From Candidatus Anstonellales archaeon (GTDB lineage Archaea; Micrarchaeota; Micrarchaeia; Anstonellales; J096), in contig JAWAFI010000001.1 in NCBI GenBank assembly GCA_038890615.1, positions 368,843-432,842 on the forward strand: a stretch of DNA of 64,000 nt, in the 5' to 3' direction. The notes under the pieces are model-generated. The model had not been told where the DNA came from. It saw only the letters and a program-made list of their open reading frames with translations, and did not search any database. This document shows positions 18,853 through 28,700 of the stretch, piece by piece (positions within the stretch are counted from its first letter, which is position 1; every line of letters begins with the position of its first letter). Position numbers and translations under genes: made by a program.

Positions 18853-19251
18853 ATGCTTATGTTTGATGCTTGGGACATAGCATACGGGCTTTTCATACTC
18901 GCAATACCTTTACTTAAAAAGAAGCCCATAAAAGAGGTGGCTATTGTAGCCATTCTTTCCTTAATAACCTTGCTTTCCCTAAAGCTCTACTTTGCAGTCC
19001 CACGGCCCTGCTCAGGCCAGGAATGGTGCCCTGCATCTTATTCATTCCCAAGCGGGCATACCTTATTTTCATTCTCTTTCTCATCATATTATGTGGGCTC
19101 TGATATATTCCTGATGCTATATGTAATCTCAGTCCTTACAGGCATGGAGCGCGTCATAAGCGGGGTGCACACGCCTGCTGATGTAGTGTTCTCGCTTGGG
19201 CTTTCAATAATTGTATCTACGCTTGCGAGGTGGATAAATGATAGGGCTTAA
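18853..19251 (+). CDS. PAP2-family phosphatase
   Basis: K...PRP, SFPSGH, RVISGVHTPADV motifs. Confidence 0.9.
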   Translation: MLMFDAWDIAYGLFILAIPLLKKKPIKEVAIVAILSLITLLSLKLYFAVPRPCSGQEWCPASYSFPSGHTLFSFSFSSYYVGSDIFLMLYVISVLTGMERVISGVHTPADVVFSLGLSIIVSTLARWINDRA

Positions 19252-19747
19252 TGAGAGGAAGGCAATCCATGTTGCAGCAGGAGCAGGCCTTATGTTCCTT
19301 ACTTACGTGGCCCAGCCCTACCTTCTCCCTATCCTTTTCGTCCTATTCATAGTGTTCCTTTTGGTTATGCACGAGTCAAAGGAAGGGGTTATGAAATTCC
19401 TTCTTCCAGGCCTTGCAGCCCCAACTGTAAACTATGTTGCAGGCCTTTGCATAGCCCTTCCCCTCCTTGAAATGAATGAGTTTAGGGCTGTGCTGGTTGC
19501 TCTTGCCCTTAGCGACAGCTTCGCTGCGCTTTTTGGGAAGCACCACCCAATCAAGCGGATGAGCAACGGAAAATCGCTTGGAGGGGCTTTTGCATTCTTT
19601 GCTACCTGTCTCCTTACTTTTCTCTTCCTTCCATTTCCAACCTTCCTTATTTTTGCGCTTGCGCTCTCCTTGATAGAGCTGCTTACACCACTCGATGACA
19701 ACCTAACAATCCCTGTTTCAGGGGCTATACTTCTTTACTTCCTTTAG
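19238..19747 (+). CDS. Dolichol/phytol kinase-like (CTP-dependent polyprenol kinase)
   Basis: RKAIH, LSDSFAALFG, KSLGG, DDNLTIP. Confidence 0.85.
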   Translation: MIGLNERKAIHVAAGAGLMFLTYVAQPYLLPILFVLFIVFLLVMHESKEGVMKFLLPGLAAPTVNYVAGLCIALPLLEMNEFRAVLVALALSDSFAALFGKHHPIKRMSNGKSLGGAFAFFATCLLTFLFLPFPTFLIFALALSLIELLTPLDDNLTIPVSGAILLYFL

Positions 19748-22303
19748 CCTGCCTTTGACCACTTCTTTCCCCCCAAAGCTGCCGCCGCATTGATAAACAA
19801 CTTCCTTTGCCCTAATTATCCCTTTTTCGCCAAAAGCCCCGAATTTCCCTTGCTTACCTATGAGCAAAGCCCCTTTTACCCCTTCCTTCCTCATCCTTTC
19901 AAGCAGGCGGTCTATAATTGAGTCCTCAACTATCTCCTCTACATAGTCCTTTCCCCTTGCCTTTTCCATTTCCTTTTCCACAATCGCCTCTTCAAGGCGC
20001 TCAACCTCCTTGCGGAGCTCCTTCCACTCATTAAAGAACCTTTCTGAGGTTTTTGGCAAGTCCTCCTTTGCTACCCTAAATACGCTAGCTGACTTTGAAA
20101 GATACTCCTCCTGCTCGTGCACATACTCAAGGGCTGCTTCCCCTACCTTGTAAACAATCCTTTCTACCCCGTCCTGAACCCCCTCCCTCCTCACTATCTT
20201 AAATAAGCCAAATTCCCCTATGTTGTCATGCATCTGGTGGGTTCCGCCGCATGCCTCAACATCAACCCCTTCAATGATCACTATGCGGAGCTCCTTGCCA
20301 GGCACAGCCCCTCCTTGGTATATCCCAAACCCATACTTTTGCTCCGCTATGTTCCTTGGGATTATCTCAATGCTTATCTTCCTTTCCTCCCTTATCCACT
20401 TGTTTATCATCCTTTCCATTTCCTTGAGCTCATTGTCTTCTATTCTCTTATAGTGGGTGATGTCAAGATGGGCTATATTCTCTGATTTCTTTGCGCCTGC
20501 CTGGTAGCAGTGCCTTCCCAACACAGCCCTTGCTGCTGCGTTTATGAGGTGAGCTGCAGTGTGGTGCTTTGCAATCCTCTTTCTCCTCTCTATGTCAACG
20601 CTGCACCTAACCTTCATTCCTTCCCTAAACTTTGAAGCATCCCTTACCTTATGGAATATAACTCCGTCCTTCCTGAAGACCTCAACAACCTCTTCTTCAT
20701 TAATTTTTCCCTTGTCGCACGCCTGGCCCCCGCCTTCAGGGTAGAAAGCGCTCCTGTCAAGCACAATGTAGTTTCCATCAACCCTAAGCACAATGGCTTC
20801 GAAATCCCCTTCTTTGCCATAGTAGAGAGGCTCTGTTTTCTCTACCCCTTCTGTCTTTAGGTCAAAGCCTCTTTCTGCTATATCCTCCTTTTCGCTTATG
20901 AGCGAATAGAAATTCTCAGGCACCTTTATCTCCAGCCCTTTCTTTGCTGCTTCCTCTGCAACATATTCAGGCGGTATCCCATTGCTCTTGTAGAGCTCTA
21001 CAAGCTTTTCAGTAGTTATGCTGCCCTTGGCTATCTCCTTCTCAACCTTTCTCCCTGCCTTTTCTATTGTTTCCCTATACTTCCTTTTCTCCTCCTCAAT
21101 TACCTTCCCTGTGCTTTCAACCCCTTCCTGCAGGTATGGGAACATTTCTTCCAAGAAATCAGCATGGAGCTCGCAAAGCTTTGCATAGTCCCATTCCCAG
21201 CCAAACTTCTGCTCAAACCCGAATGCCCTCCTCAATATCATGCGCAGGTTATAGCCGCCTCCTGAATTGCCTGGAAGCATGCCGTCTGTTGTTGTGAAGA
21301 GCACCGTTAGCACATGGTCTGCAGTTGCGTAAATCGCCTGAAGCATCCTTAGCTCATTCTCATCAACCCCAATCTCCTCAACTACTTTCCTTTCAAGCTC
21401 TTTTGCGCCTTTTGTTTCTTCCATGTTTATCCTTCCCAAGCGCATGGCATATTCTCCCATTCTCTTTTCATCCACATCTACACCTGCCTGAGCCTTCATA
21501 TATTCAACTGCCTTGGCCATAACGATCTCATAAGAGGTTGGGGTTCCATGAGTTATCCAGCTGAGCCTTGCCAGCCCTGCGCCCATGTCTATAACTTTTG
21601 TGTTGAGCTCCTTTCCGCTATCTTCGTACTGCATGAAAACGCAGTTCCCCAGCTCAAGCCCATCCTTAAAGTATTCAAGAGAAGGCCCGTAGTTGCCACC
21701 TCCTGCCCAAACATCCTCAACAAATGTAATGTCCTCCTGCCTTATTCCTAAGGCTCCAAGGTAGCCTATGTCGTGCTCTATTGCTTCTTCCTTCCAGTAG
21801 AAAACCCCTGTCTTTTCAGTGTTAAAGGCCAGCTGGCCCACCATAACAAAGTTGGTATAATGCCTTCCTGTAACCCCAACATTGTCCACATCAGGGAATC
21901 TTATGCACGGCTGGGGGATTATAACAGGGTTTGCTATTGGCTCAAGCTCGCCCCTAACTGTGTAGGGCTGGAAGTCGTTTATGCTTGCTATTGTGAAGTA
22001 AAGGTCATCCCTCCACCTTGCCACTGTTGGGAAGGGCTTGACATAGCCATGCCCTGTTTTTAAAAAATAGTCCTTTATGACATTCCAAGTTTCAATATAG
22101 CCAAGCTTTTTGCCAACCTTGCCTATGAAAGAGTAGCCAACGCATTCAGAGTCCCCACAGTACTCTCTTTCTTCTATGCTCCAGAAGCTCTTCCCGCAGC
22201 CTTTGCACTTCTGCCTGCTGAACCCCCTTTCCCTTAGCACACGAAGCTCATAGTGCTTCTTCCATTCATTGCTGAACTCCCTACGGAGCTTTTCCTTGTC
22301 CAT
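19718..22303 (-). CDS. alaS: Alanine--tRNA ligase (archaeal type)
   Basis: VARWRDDLYFTIASI, TGRH, DMGAGLAR, ADH, FYPEGGGQ, HHTAAH, ACGGTH. Confidence 0.97.
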   Translation of the reverse strand: MDKEKLRREFSNEWKKHYELRVLRERGFSRQKCKGCGKSFWSIEEREYCGDSECVGYSFIGKVGKKLGYIETWNVIKDYFLKTGHGYVKPFPTVARWRDDLYFTIASINDFQPYTVRGELEPIANPVIIPQPCIRFPDVDNVGVTGRHYTNFVMVGQLAFNTEKTGVFYWKEEAIEHDIGYLGALGIRQEDITFVEDVWAGGGNYGPSLEYFKDGLELGNCVFMQYEDSGKELNTKVIDMGAGLARLSWITHGTPTSYEIVMAKAVEYMKAQAGVDVDEKRMGEYAMRLGRINMEETKGAKELERKVVEEIGVDENELRMLQAIYATADHVLTVLFTTTDGMLPGNSGGGYNLRMILRRAFGFEQKFGWEWDYAKLCELHADFLEEMFPYLQEGVESTGKVIEEEKRKYRETIEKAGRKVEKEIAKGSITTEKLVELYKSNGIPPEYVAEEAAKKGLEIKVPENFYSLISEKEDIAERGFDLKTEGVEKTEPLYYGKEGDFEAIVLRVDGNYIVLDRSAFYPEGGGQACDKGKINEEEVVEVFRKDGVIFHKVRDASKFREGMKVRCSVDIERRKRIAKHHTAAHLINAAARAVLGRHCYQAGAKKSENIAHLDITHYKRIEDNELKEMERMINKWIREERKISIEIIPRNIAEQKYGFGIYQGGAVPGKELRIVIIEGVDVEACGGTHQMHDNIGEFGLFKIVRREGVQDGVERIVYKVGEAALEYVHEQEEYLSKSASVFRVAKEDLPKTSERFFNEWKELRKEVERLEEAIVEKEMEKARGKDYVEEIVEDSIIDRLLERMRKEGVKGALLIGKQGKFGAFGEKGIIRAKEVVYQCGGSFGGKEVVKGRLKEVKKYSP

Positions 22304-22313
22304 GTGCTTCTAT

Positions 22314-23999
22314 TCACGCTTTTCCTTGCTGGCTTTTTAATTCTTTTCTAAATTCATTAAGCTGGTTAAAAGCCAGTTGTTGTTGCCACGGATCCCCGAA
22401 ATTGATGAGAAGAATAAGATTGAAAAGCACTGTTGGGTCTTTCTTCTTTATTGCCTCCTGGACCTTTTCCTTTATAATTTTTTCATCATTAGTAGTAATG
22501 CCAAGCATGGAGGCAGCAACGCTTACCCTTGAATTTACAACTTCCTTGTACTCGGCAAGCTCTTTGCTGTCTATGAAGTATGACCTCTCCTTAAGCATAT
22601 TCACTGCTGAAAGATAGCCTACTGCTTTCCTTCCTTCGTCAGTAGTCGGATCCATCTCTGCAATCTGGTGCATATCTTTGGCGGTTTTTCCAATTACCTT
22701 GGGATCCCCATCTATTACATGCGACATTGCTAATGCGTAGCCTACAATCTCAGGTGGTGCATTGCTTTTAGCAAGCTTTTCAGCAATAGCCTTTGCCTTG
22801 TGCCTCTGGCCGTTTGCCATTGCCTTATGTAAGCTATCAATTTTTTTGTAAAGGCTCTTGATTCCATCCTGAGTCATTCTGCCATTTTCATCAACTTCAA
22901 ACTTATATCCTTTCCTTGGGTAGAACACCGTATACCATAATTCTGAAAGTTGATAGGTTGCGCTCTTCATTGAATTGTACACTGTCCTTGCGAGGTGAAT
23001 AGGGAGCTTTAATATGAATTCATCGGCAAATGACTTCACATAGTCCCCATTACTTAAAATTTCTCCTTTGCTCTTTTTCTCTGCTATTCTTTCCTTGTAG
23101 GTGCCATATGCGTCAAGCATTGCCATAACCCCTACTATAATCGGATCTGCAAAGCTTGCGCCTTGCTTTCCAATAGAAGCAAAACCGAGCCCAAGGGAAG
23201 CCCCTCCGCTGCCCCAATAAATAGGCCCGAGTGAAAGAGCAGGATTCTTTGAAATACTAAGCCCATAAATATCCCTCCTAAACTCAATTGCACTGTTCTT
23301 TGTTATTGCAAGACCTGCATAGGTACTACCGCTCTTCTCTGTTTGGCCTGATATCGAGGCGCTAAGAGAATGCTGTAGTTCTCCTTTGTCATTCACAACT
23401 GTTTGCACTCCTACGCCTCCATAAACAGTTTTAGTAGGCGTTAACCTTAAAATTTTCTTTGCAGCTCTTGAAAATCTAGCCCCTGCATAAAGGTGCTTTT
23501 CAGCTCCAGGTCTGTAAAACAGCTGCTCAAGCGCATTATTCATGAATTTCTTGGAGCTCATACTATCCCCGGGCTCAAGCACATATCCTTTTTCGGTTTG
23601 GGTTATCTTGTCGCCAATCATCTCAGGCCGGAGAACCCCTGTTTCAATCAGCACATGAATGCAGATATTCATTGCTCCCTTCCCTGCCTCACCGTTGAAA
23701 TAGAGCTTTCTTCCATTCTCTATCCTTGTTGCTGCTTCTTCAAGTATTTTTATAACTTCTGATATTCTTCCGCCTGTGCTACTGTCTGTGATGGCAATTA
23801 ACTCTGCGAGGCTTATTTTACTCCTATTCTTGAATGCTTTCTCAACTTCTTCCTGCACCTTGTCCAAATTAGTGTAGCCAACCCTGTCTGCGAAAAGCCT
23901 TGTTGATTCAATAGCTTGCTCCTTTGTAAGCATTATTTTGCTTGCATTTGTCCTGCCTTCAACAACCTTATCAAGATTTTGGATCTGTTTTTCTACCAT
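22314..23999 (-). CDS. Hypothetical 561-aa protein with central Gly-rich amphipathic beta/hydrophobic segment
   Basis: Long ORF with GAGGTGA RBS, 9 nt after the stop of the 1288-aa gene. Confidence 0.8.
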   Translation of the reverse strand: MVEKQIQNLDKVVEGRTNASKIMLTKEQAIESTRLFADRVGYTNLDKVQEEVEKAFKNRSKISLAELIAITDSSTGGRISEVIKILEEAATRIENGRKLYFNGEAGKGAMNICIHVLIETGVLRPEMIGDKITQTEKGYVLEPGDSMSSKKFMNNALEQLFYRPGAEKHLYAGARFSRAAKKILRLTPTKTVYGGVGVQTVVNDKGELQHSLSASISGQTEKSGSTYAGLAITKNSAIEFRRDIYGLSISKNPALSLGPIYWGSGGASLGLGFASIGKQGASFADPIIVGVMAMLDAYGTYKERIAEKKSKGEILSNGDYVKSFADEFILKLPIHLARTVYNSMKSATYQLSELWYTVFYPRKGYKFEVDENGRMTQDGIKSLYKKIDSLHKAMANGQRHKAKAIAEKLAKSNAPPEIVGYALAMSHVIDGDPKVIGKTAKDMHQIAEMDPTTDEGRKAVGYLSAVNMLKERSYFIDSKELAEYKEVVNSRVSVAASMLGITTNDEKIIKEKVQEAIKKKDPTVLFNLILLINFGDPWQQQLAFNQLNEFRKELKSQQGKA

Positions 24000-24008
24000 C
24001 TAATCACC

Positions 24009-27000
24009 TCAAAATATCCAATACCAGTAGCCTCCAATCCCTATTGCCCAGCTTTGCCCTACCTTTTCGAACTTTATGTCAAGCACTCCACTGCTGTCAG
24101 AGCCTTTTTTCATATCAACTGCCACCCCCATCACGAGCTCCTTTATAGGCCCTCCTTCGAAATTCGTCTTGCCCCCTCCAAGATAAAACCTTATGTCAGT
24201 AAGCGCAAGCTTTCCTTCATTATTTACCCGCAAGCTGTATATGCCTCCATGGAAGGTTAGGAGCTCGTCAGTTACATCCTTTGCCTGCGCATTGGCGTCA
24301 ATGAGGACCATGCCCTGTTTTGTGAACCCAACATACCATTTGAGCCCATTCTTTGTCCTTACCTCAATCCCTACCTCACCAAGAGTTATTTTTGCGTCCT
24401 TGAAATATTCTGCTATCTTTTCAGGGGTTATGCTCTGGGCCATATTTCCCTCCGTATAGCCCATCACCAGCGTGATATTTCCGCTCTTTATCCCAGCGTA
24501 GAGGCTATCCGTGCTAATTACGCCTTCAGAGCCGCTTTCCTTTATCTTTTTCACTACCACCCCTAGAACTGCGCTTGAGATAGGCACAACAACCTGCGCC
24601 TCTTGCACCTCAGTCATTTTTTCTGCTTGTGTGTACTCAAAAAGCCCCATTGATGCCGCAACACCTCCATCTATCTTTATGAAAGCGTTTACCCCATAAT
24701 TCCCCTCTTTCCCGTAAAGGGCTGCAAGCTCAAGCTTTCCAAGCCCCTTCTTGTTCACAGCATAAAGAGCGCCGTAGTAGGTTTGCGATAAAGCAAAGAG
24801 CGACAATGCTGATCTGCCTCTCTTCAAGTACCTTTCAATATTGCTCTTTATTCTGCCAAGCTCTGCGTGAAGCTTTCCCTTGTCTCCTTCTGTAGAATTT
24901 ATTTCATCCAGCTTTTCCTGGTATCTTTTCAGTTCTTCTCTTATATTCACGTTTATGTATGCCAGCTCAAGAAGGGCAAAGCTGAACTCCTGCGCATAAT
25001 TGTAGTAACTCAACTGGACAGTCTGCTTTGTATTGTTGCCTTTTCCATATGTTCCCTGGAGTATGATGCTGTCCATTCCAAGCAGCGTTTCTTTTGCAAA
25101 TGTGCCAAGTATAAGACCGTCCCATTCCTCCTCACTAAGATGACCTCCAAAAGTCCCACCCACCCCTGTTCCTTTTCCTGAATATCTCCTAAGGTTGAAT
25201 ATGCTTGCATCAACGGAAATATTGCCTTCTTTCATTCCATAGCTAGCAACATAGTAGTTGTTCTCTTCCTTGCTTTCCCCTGCGATTCCAAGCCACATGA
25301 AATCCTTTTTCCTGTCTCTGCCTACGAAATAGCCAGCCATCAACCCATAGTCTAGGCTTTTTTCCCCTCCTTTTATTACAGGTGGCCCGTATACTTCAAC
25401 ATAGCCGTATTTGTTTCCTTCGCTCATGAGCAACCCAACAGCGCTTGCGTTGTCTGCAGCAGCAGCGAATGCAGCAAAGTTGTTTGTGCTCATGCTCAAA
25501 AGGCCGCCAACTAATCTATCTTCGCTTGCCATTATTTTCATTTCAGCAGAGTTTCCTGACATCGCTATAAGCAATCTGTCAAGGCCCTCTTTAGGTGCGT
25601 CGAAATGCACCCTATACCAATAGCCAGTTTCAGTGTCATGGAAGTAGCCTCTTACACTGTATCCTTTCTCTGTTTTATCAAAGAAAAGCAGTGTGTTTCC
25701 CTTAAGCAGGCCTTCTTTGACCATTAGGTCAAGCGCTGTGTGGAGCTCTTCCTCCTCTTCACCTACAACCGCACTTACTCTGCCGTCAAATGTCCAGTTC
25801 TCCCCATTGGATATGTCATTAAGGATAGAGTCCAGCCTATATCTATGGAAGTCAGTGGTTATAGTAGTATCTAACCTCCCTATCCCTATAAAGCTCGCTG
25901 TTATTGTTCCATACCCTACGTCTCTTTCACCCCTATCATAATACCTTCCACTCAATACCCCCGTCGTTTCAAGAAACTTCGTTTTATCAAAAAATTTTGG
26001 GCGCTCCATCTCTACTATAAATTTGCTTAGCGAAGAAGAGAGAATCTTGAAAGGAAGGACAGGAACATACCTTTTTGTGCTGAGTATGCTCCTTGTTTCA
26101 GCGTCGAAAGGCATTCCGAAATTCGGCCTTTCATAAGGCCCTCGCAGTTCTTCCACTGCTTGTTCCCCTCTTGTGAGCATAGGGAACAATGCATTTGCTC
26201 CAGGATAGAGCGAAAATGCGGAGGGATAGCCTCGTTGGGAAATATAGAAGTTCCTTACCCACTGCTCAGTAGGACCTAGCAGGCGCATACTTTCATCTCT
26301 TATTTGGGCATTAGACCCATACCCATATATGGTGCTTGCTGCTGTGCTTAACCCCCTGTCTTGATACATTTCATTAATTAGAATTTTCATCATTTCCTGC
26401 AGGGAGAACGAAACTACCTCTTTCTTTCTTTCAAAATGCTCCACAACCTTGCTCTCAGCTTCCCAAGTGTAGTAGCTTATTATTTTTGACTCAGCCACCG
26501 TCACAGCATTAAGCACGTCTATGAAAACCCCCAAGTCCTCAATCTGGCCTAAAAGGTGGGGGTAAAAAGAGTTTATTAGTTCCAGCTTTGTTGAATCAAG
26601 CTTTACTGCCCCGAAGTGTTCGGCGAACAGCCTTAACCACTCAACTTCATCCATCTTTGAGTCCAGAACATATTCATAACCTTTCTTTTCCTCATTCCAT
26701 TTGCCCATAACTCCTACATAATTGCTTTCCCTTATAACTGGCACAAGATTGCTGTAGAACGAGTACTGTTGGAGCAGGTCAAGGTTTTTCAGGAGCGAAA
26801 CATGCTCTAGCTGCTTCTCCTTGTTTTCCTTGGTGAATGTGCCATACTGTGCTGCAAACCCCCCCCTCCACCCTTGGAACCCTTTATCATTTTCTATCTT
26901 TTGCAATGCTTTCAGCAATACTTCATAGGCGTCTTTGCCATCCACTCCGAACCATTTCTTTAGGCTTTCTTTTGGCCCATATTTTTTCTCAATAAGGTAG

Positions 27001-27875
27001 TTCACTCCCTCCCTTCCGTTCTTTTTTTCTATTTCTTTTAGAAGCTGTCTTAAATTAGCTACTGACTGGGCTGCATCAAAAGTTGAGGCATCTGCAGCCA
27101 TTGCACTACTAAGGTTAGCATATCCTTCATTAAGCTGCATTACCTTTTGCACAACATCCTCTTCTTCCCCTATAACCTTTGCTAATTTCTCCCTGTTCCT
27201 TCTTACAAAATCCTTAAGCCGTGCTGCTCCTTCAAGCTGAGAGGGCCATTTTCCTTCTTTGATGGCCTCAATCAGCAACTTATTTACATATTTCTTTACC
27301 TGTGGATCCTTGCTCATTTCACTGTAGAGCTTTTCTGCAACTAGTCTTCCTTGTGTATCGACATCCCCCACCCTTCCCAAGAGTGCTAGAGATTGGATGA
27401 AATATTTTAGCACCATGCTTTTCTGGCTTTCTGTAAGCTCTTTTGGGTTGAAATATTGTGTTTCCAATTCACTAGGCTCTTCTTTCTTCTTATCTTCCTT
27501 TTTCGTTTTGTCTTCTTTCTCTCTCCTTTCTTCAGGTTTAGGTTCTACCTTTTTAGGGACTTCTTCCCCCTTTTTCACTTTCTCCTCTCCTTTTGGTTGT
27601 GGTTCCTTCCCTGCCTTCCTCCTACCATAAACGATCTCCTCCATCTTCTCAACGATATGCTCTACGAGCTGTTTTTTAGTAAAATTTGGATTGTTTAGGT
27701 TTTTTATAAGGAATTCATCAATAAACTTATCTATCTTTTCCATCTTCCTTCTGCTTAGATTAAGGTATTCATTCCTTGGGTTTCTTCTGTTATATTTATC
27801 TATTGCCTCTAATCTGATTTCTATCATTTTTTTCCAATCATTGTTTGATATTTTTTCTTGAGCAGACACTGGCAT
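24009..27875 (-). CDS. Giant hypothetical protein (1288 aa): helical N-half, beta-strand-rich C-half ending GGYWYWIF
   Basis: Uninterrupted ORF, AGGTGG RBS, upstream TTTAAATAT box. Confidence 0.85.
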   Translation of the reverse strand: MPVSAQEKISNNDWKKMIEIRLEAIDKYNRRNPRNEYLNLSRRKMEKIDKFIDEFLIKNLNNPNFTKKQLVEHIVEKMEEIVYGRRKAGKEPQPKGEEKVKKGEEVPKKVEPKPEERREKEDKTKKEDKKKEEPSELETQYFNPKELTESQKSMVLKYFIQSLALLGRVGDVDTQGRLVAEKLYSEMSKDPQVKKYVNKLLIEAIKEGKWPSQLEGAARLKDFVRRNREKLAKVIGEEEDVVQKVMQLNEGYANLSSAMAADASTFDAAQSVANLRQLLKEIEKKNGREGVNYLIEKKYGPKESLKKWFGVDGKDAYEVLLKALQKIENDKGFQGWRGGFAAQYGTFTKENKEKQLEHVSLLKNLDLLQQYSFYSNLVPVIRESNYVGVMGKWNEEKKGYEYVLDSKMDEVEWLRLFAEHFGAVKLDSTKLELINSFYPHLLGQIEDLGVFIDVLNAVTVAESKIISYYTWEAESKVVEHFERKKEVVSFSLQEMMKILINEMYQDRGLSTAASTIYGYGSNAQIRDESMRLLGPTEQWVRNFYISQRGYPSAFSLYPGANALFPMLTRGEQAVEELRGPYERPNFGMPFDAETRSILSTKRYVPVLPFKILSSSLSKFIVEMERPKFFDKTKFLETTGVLSGRYYDRGERDVGYGTITASFIGIGRLDTTITTDFHRYRLDSILNDISNGENWTFDGRVSAVVGEEEEELHTALDLMVKEGLLKGNTLLFFDKTEKGYSVRGYFHDTETGYWYRVHFDAPKEGLDRLLIAMSGNSAEMKIMASEDRLVGGLLSMSTNNFAAFAAAADNASAVGLLMSEGNKYGYVEVYGPPVIKGGEKSLDYGLMAGYFVGRDRKKDFMWLGIAGESKEENNYYVASYGMKEGNISVDASIFNLRRYSGKGTGVGGTFGGHLSEEEWDGLILGTFAKETLLGMDSIILQGTYGKGNNTKQTVQLSYYNYAQEFSFALLELAYINVNIREELKRYQEKLDEINSTEGDKGKLHAELGRIKSNIERYLKRGRSALSLFALSQTYYGALYAVNKKGLGKLELAALYGKEGNYGVNAFIKIDGGVAASMGLFEYTQAEKMTEVQEAQVVVPISSAVLGVVVKKIKESGSEGVISTDSLYAGIKSGNITLVMGYTEGNMAQSITPEKIAEYFKDAKITLGEVGIEVRTKNGLKWYVGFTKQGMVLIDANAQAKDVTDELLTFHGGIYSLRVNNEGKLALTDIRFYLGGGKTNFEGGPIKELVMGVAVDMKKGSDSSGVLDIKFEKVGQSWAIGIGGYWYWIF
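27703..27861. repeat. 159-bp direct repeat copy 1 (partner 31242-31400)
   Basis: Identical except C27748 vs T31287; encodes QEKISNNDWKKMIEIRLEAIDKYNRRNPRNEYLNLSR[R/K]KMEKIDKFIDEFLI. Confidence 0.95.
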
Positions 27876-27936
27876 CTATCCACCTATAAAAATAAGGGCT
27901 GGGCATATATTTAAACCTAATCTTTCTTTCCCTATT

Positions 27937-28698
27937 ATGGAAAAGCAGGAGAAACTAATTACAGAGCTTATGGCCGCCGAGAGAAAATATCTCGAGCTCC
28001 ACTTCATTACCCTCTATAAGCTCACAACAGGAGTAGAAGCAGAGCAAGAGCTGCAGGAAAAGGCAGAGCTTGAGAGAAGGATAGCAGAGCTCCATTCAAA
28101 GCTTTCAGGCTTAAAGCTCTTCTTCCCATTCCAAAACAACATAGAGGCGCTTACTGCAAGGATTTCTGCCCATACAGAGCAGGAGGTTGTAAAGGCGCTG
28201 AGGGAGAAGAGCGGGGAGCTCTACGAGCTGATAAAAAGCAGAGGTGTTTTGATAAGGCAGAACTTTGACAGGCAGGAAGATATTGCCCGTTTGATCTGCT
28301 TTGTCAATAGGCTTGGTGGTTCAGAGGAGATAATAAAGATGGTGAAGGAAGGAAAGTGGGACAGGGAGATGCAGGTAAAGGATGCTGCTGAGCTTGCCAA
28401 GCACCTTAACAGGGCAGGCATAACCTGCAAGGCTCAAGGGGATAAGGTAGTGCCTGGGGAGATGGAAGAGAAGGAGCGCCTTATCCAAGTTGATGAAAGG
28501 AAAATTTGGCTTCCAGCGCAGAAGGCAGAAGAGCTTGAGAGGCTCCTAAAGGAACTCAACGAGGTAAACCTCAAGATACAGCTGAAGAACGCAGAGAGGC
28601 AGATAAAGGTGTTCAGCGAGCAGGAGGAGAAAGATTTCACTGAGCTCCAGATTAAGTATTTAGAGCTGATAAAGAAAAAGAAGGAGATTATAGGTTAG
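27937..28698 (+). CDS. Hypothetical coiled-coil protein
   Basis: 253-aa E/K/L-rich ORF with heptad pattern at both ends. Confidence 0.75.
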   Translation: MEKQEKLITELMAAERKYLELHFITLYKLTTGVEAEQELQEKAELERRIAELHSKLSGLKLFFPFQNNIEALTARISAHTEQEVVKALREKSGELYELIKSRGVLIRQNFDRQEDIARLICFVNRLGGSEEIIKMVKEGKWDREMQVKDAAELAKHLNRAGITCKAQGDKVVPGEMEEKERLIQVDERKIWLPAQKAEELERLLKELNEVNLKIQLKNAERQIKVFSEQEEKDFTELQIKYLELIKKKKEIIG

Positions 28699-28700
28699 AG

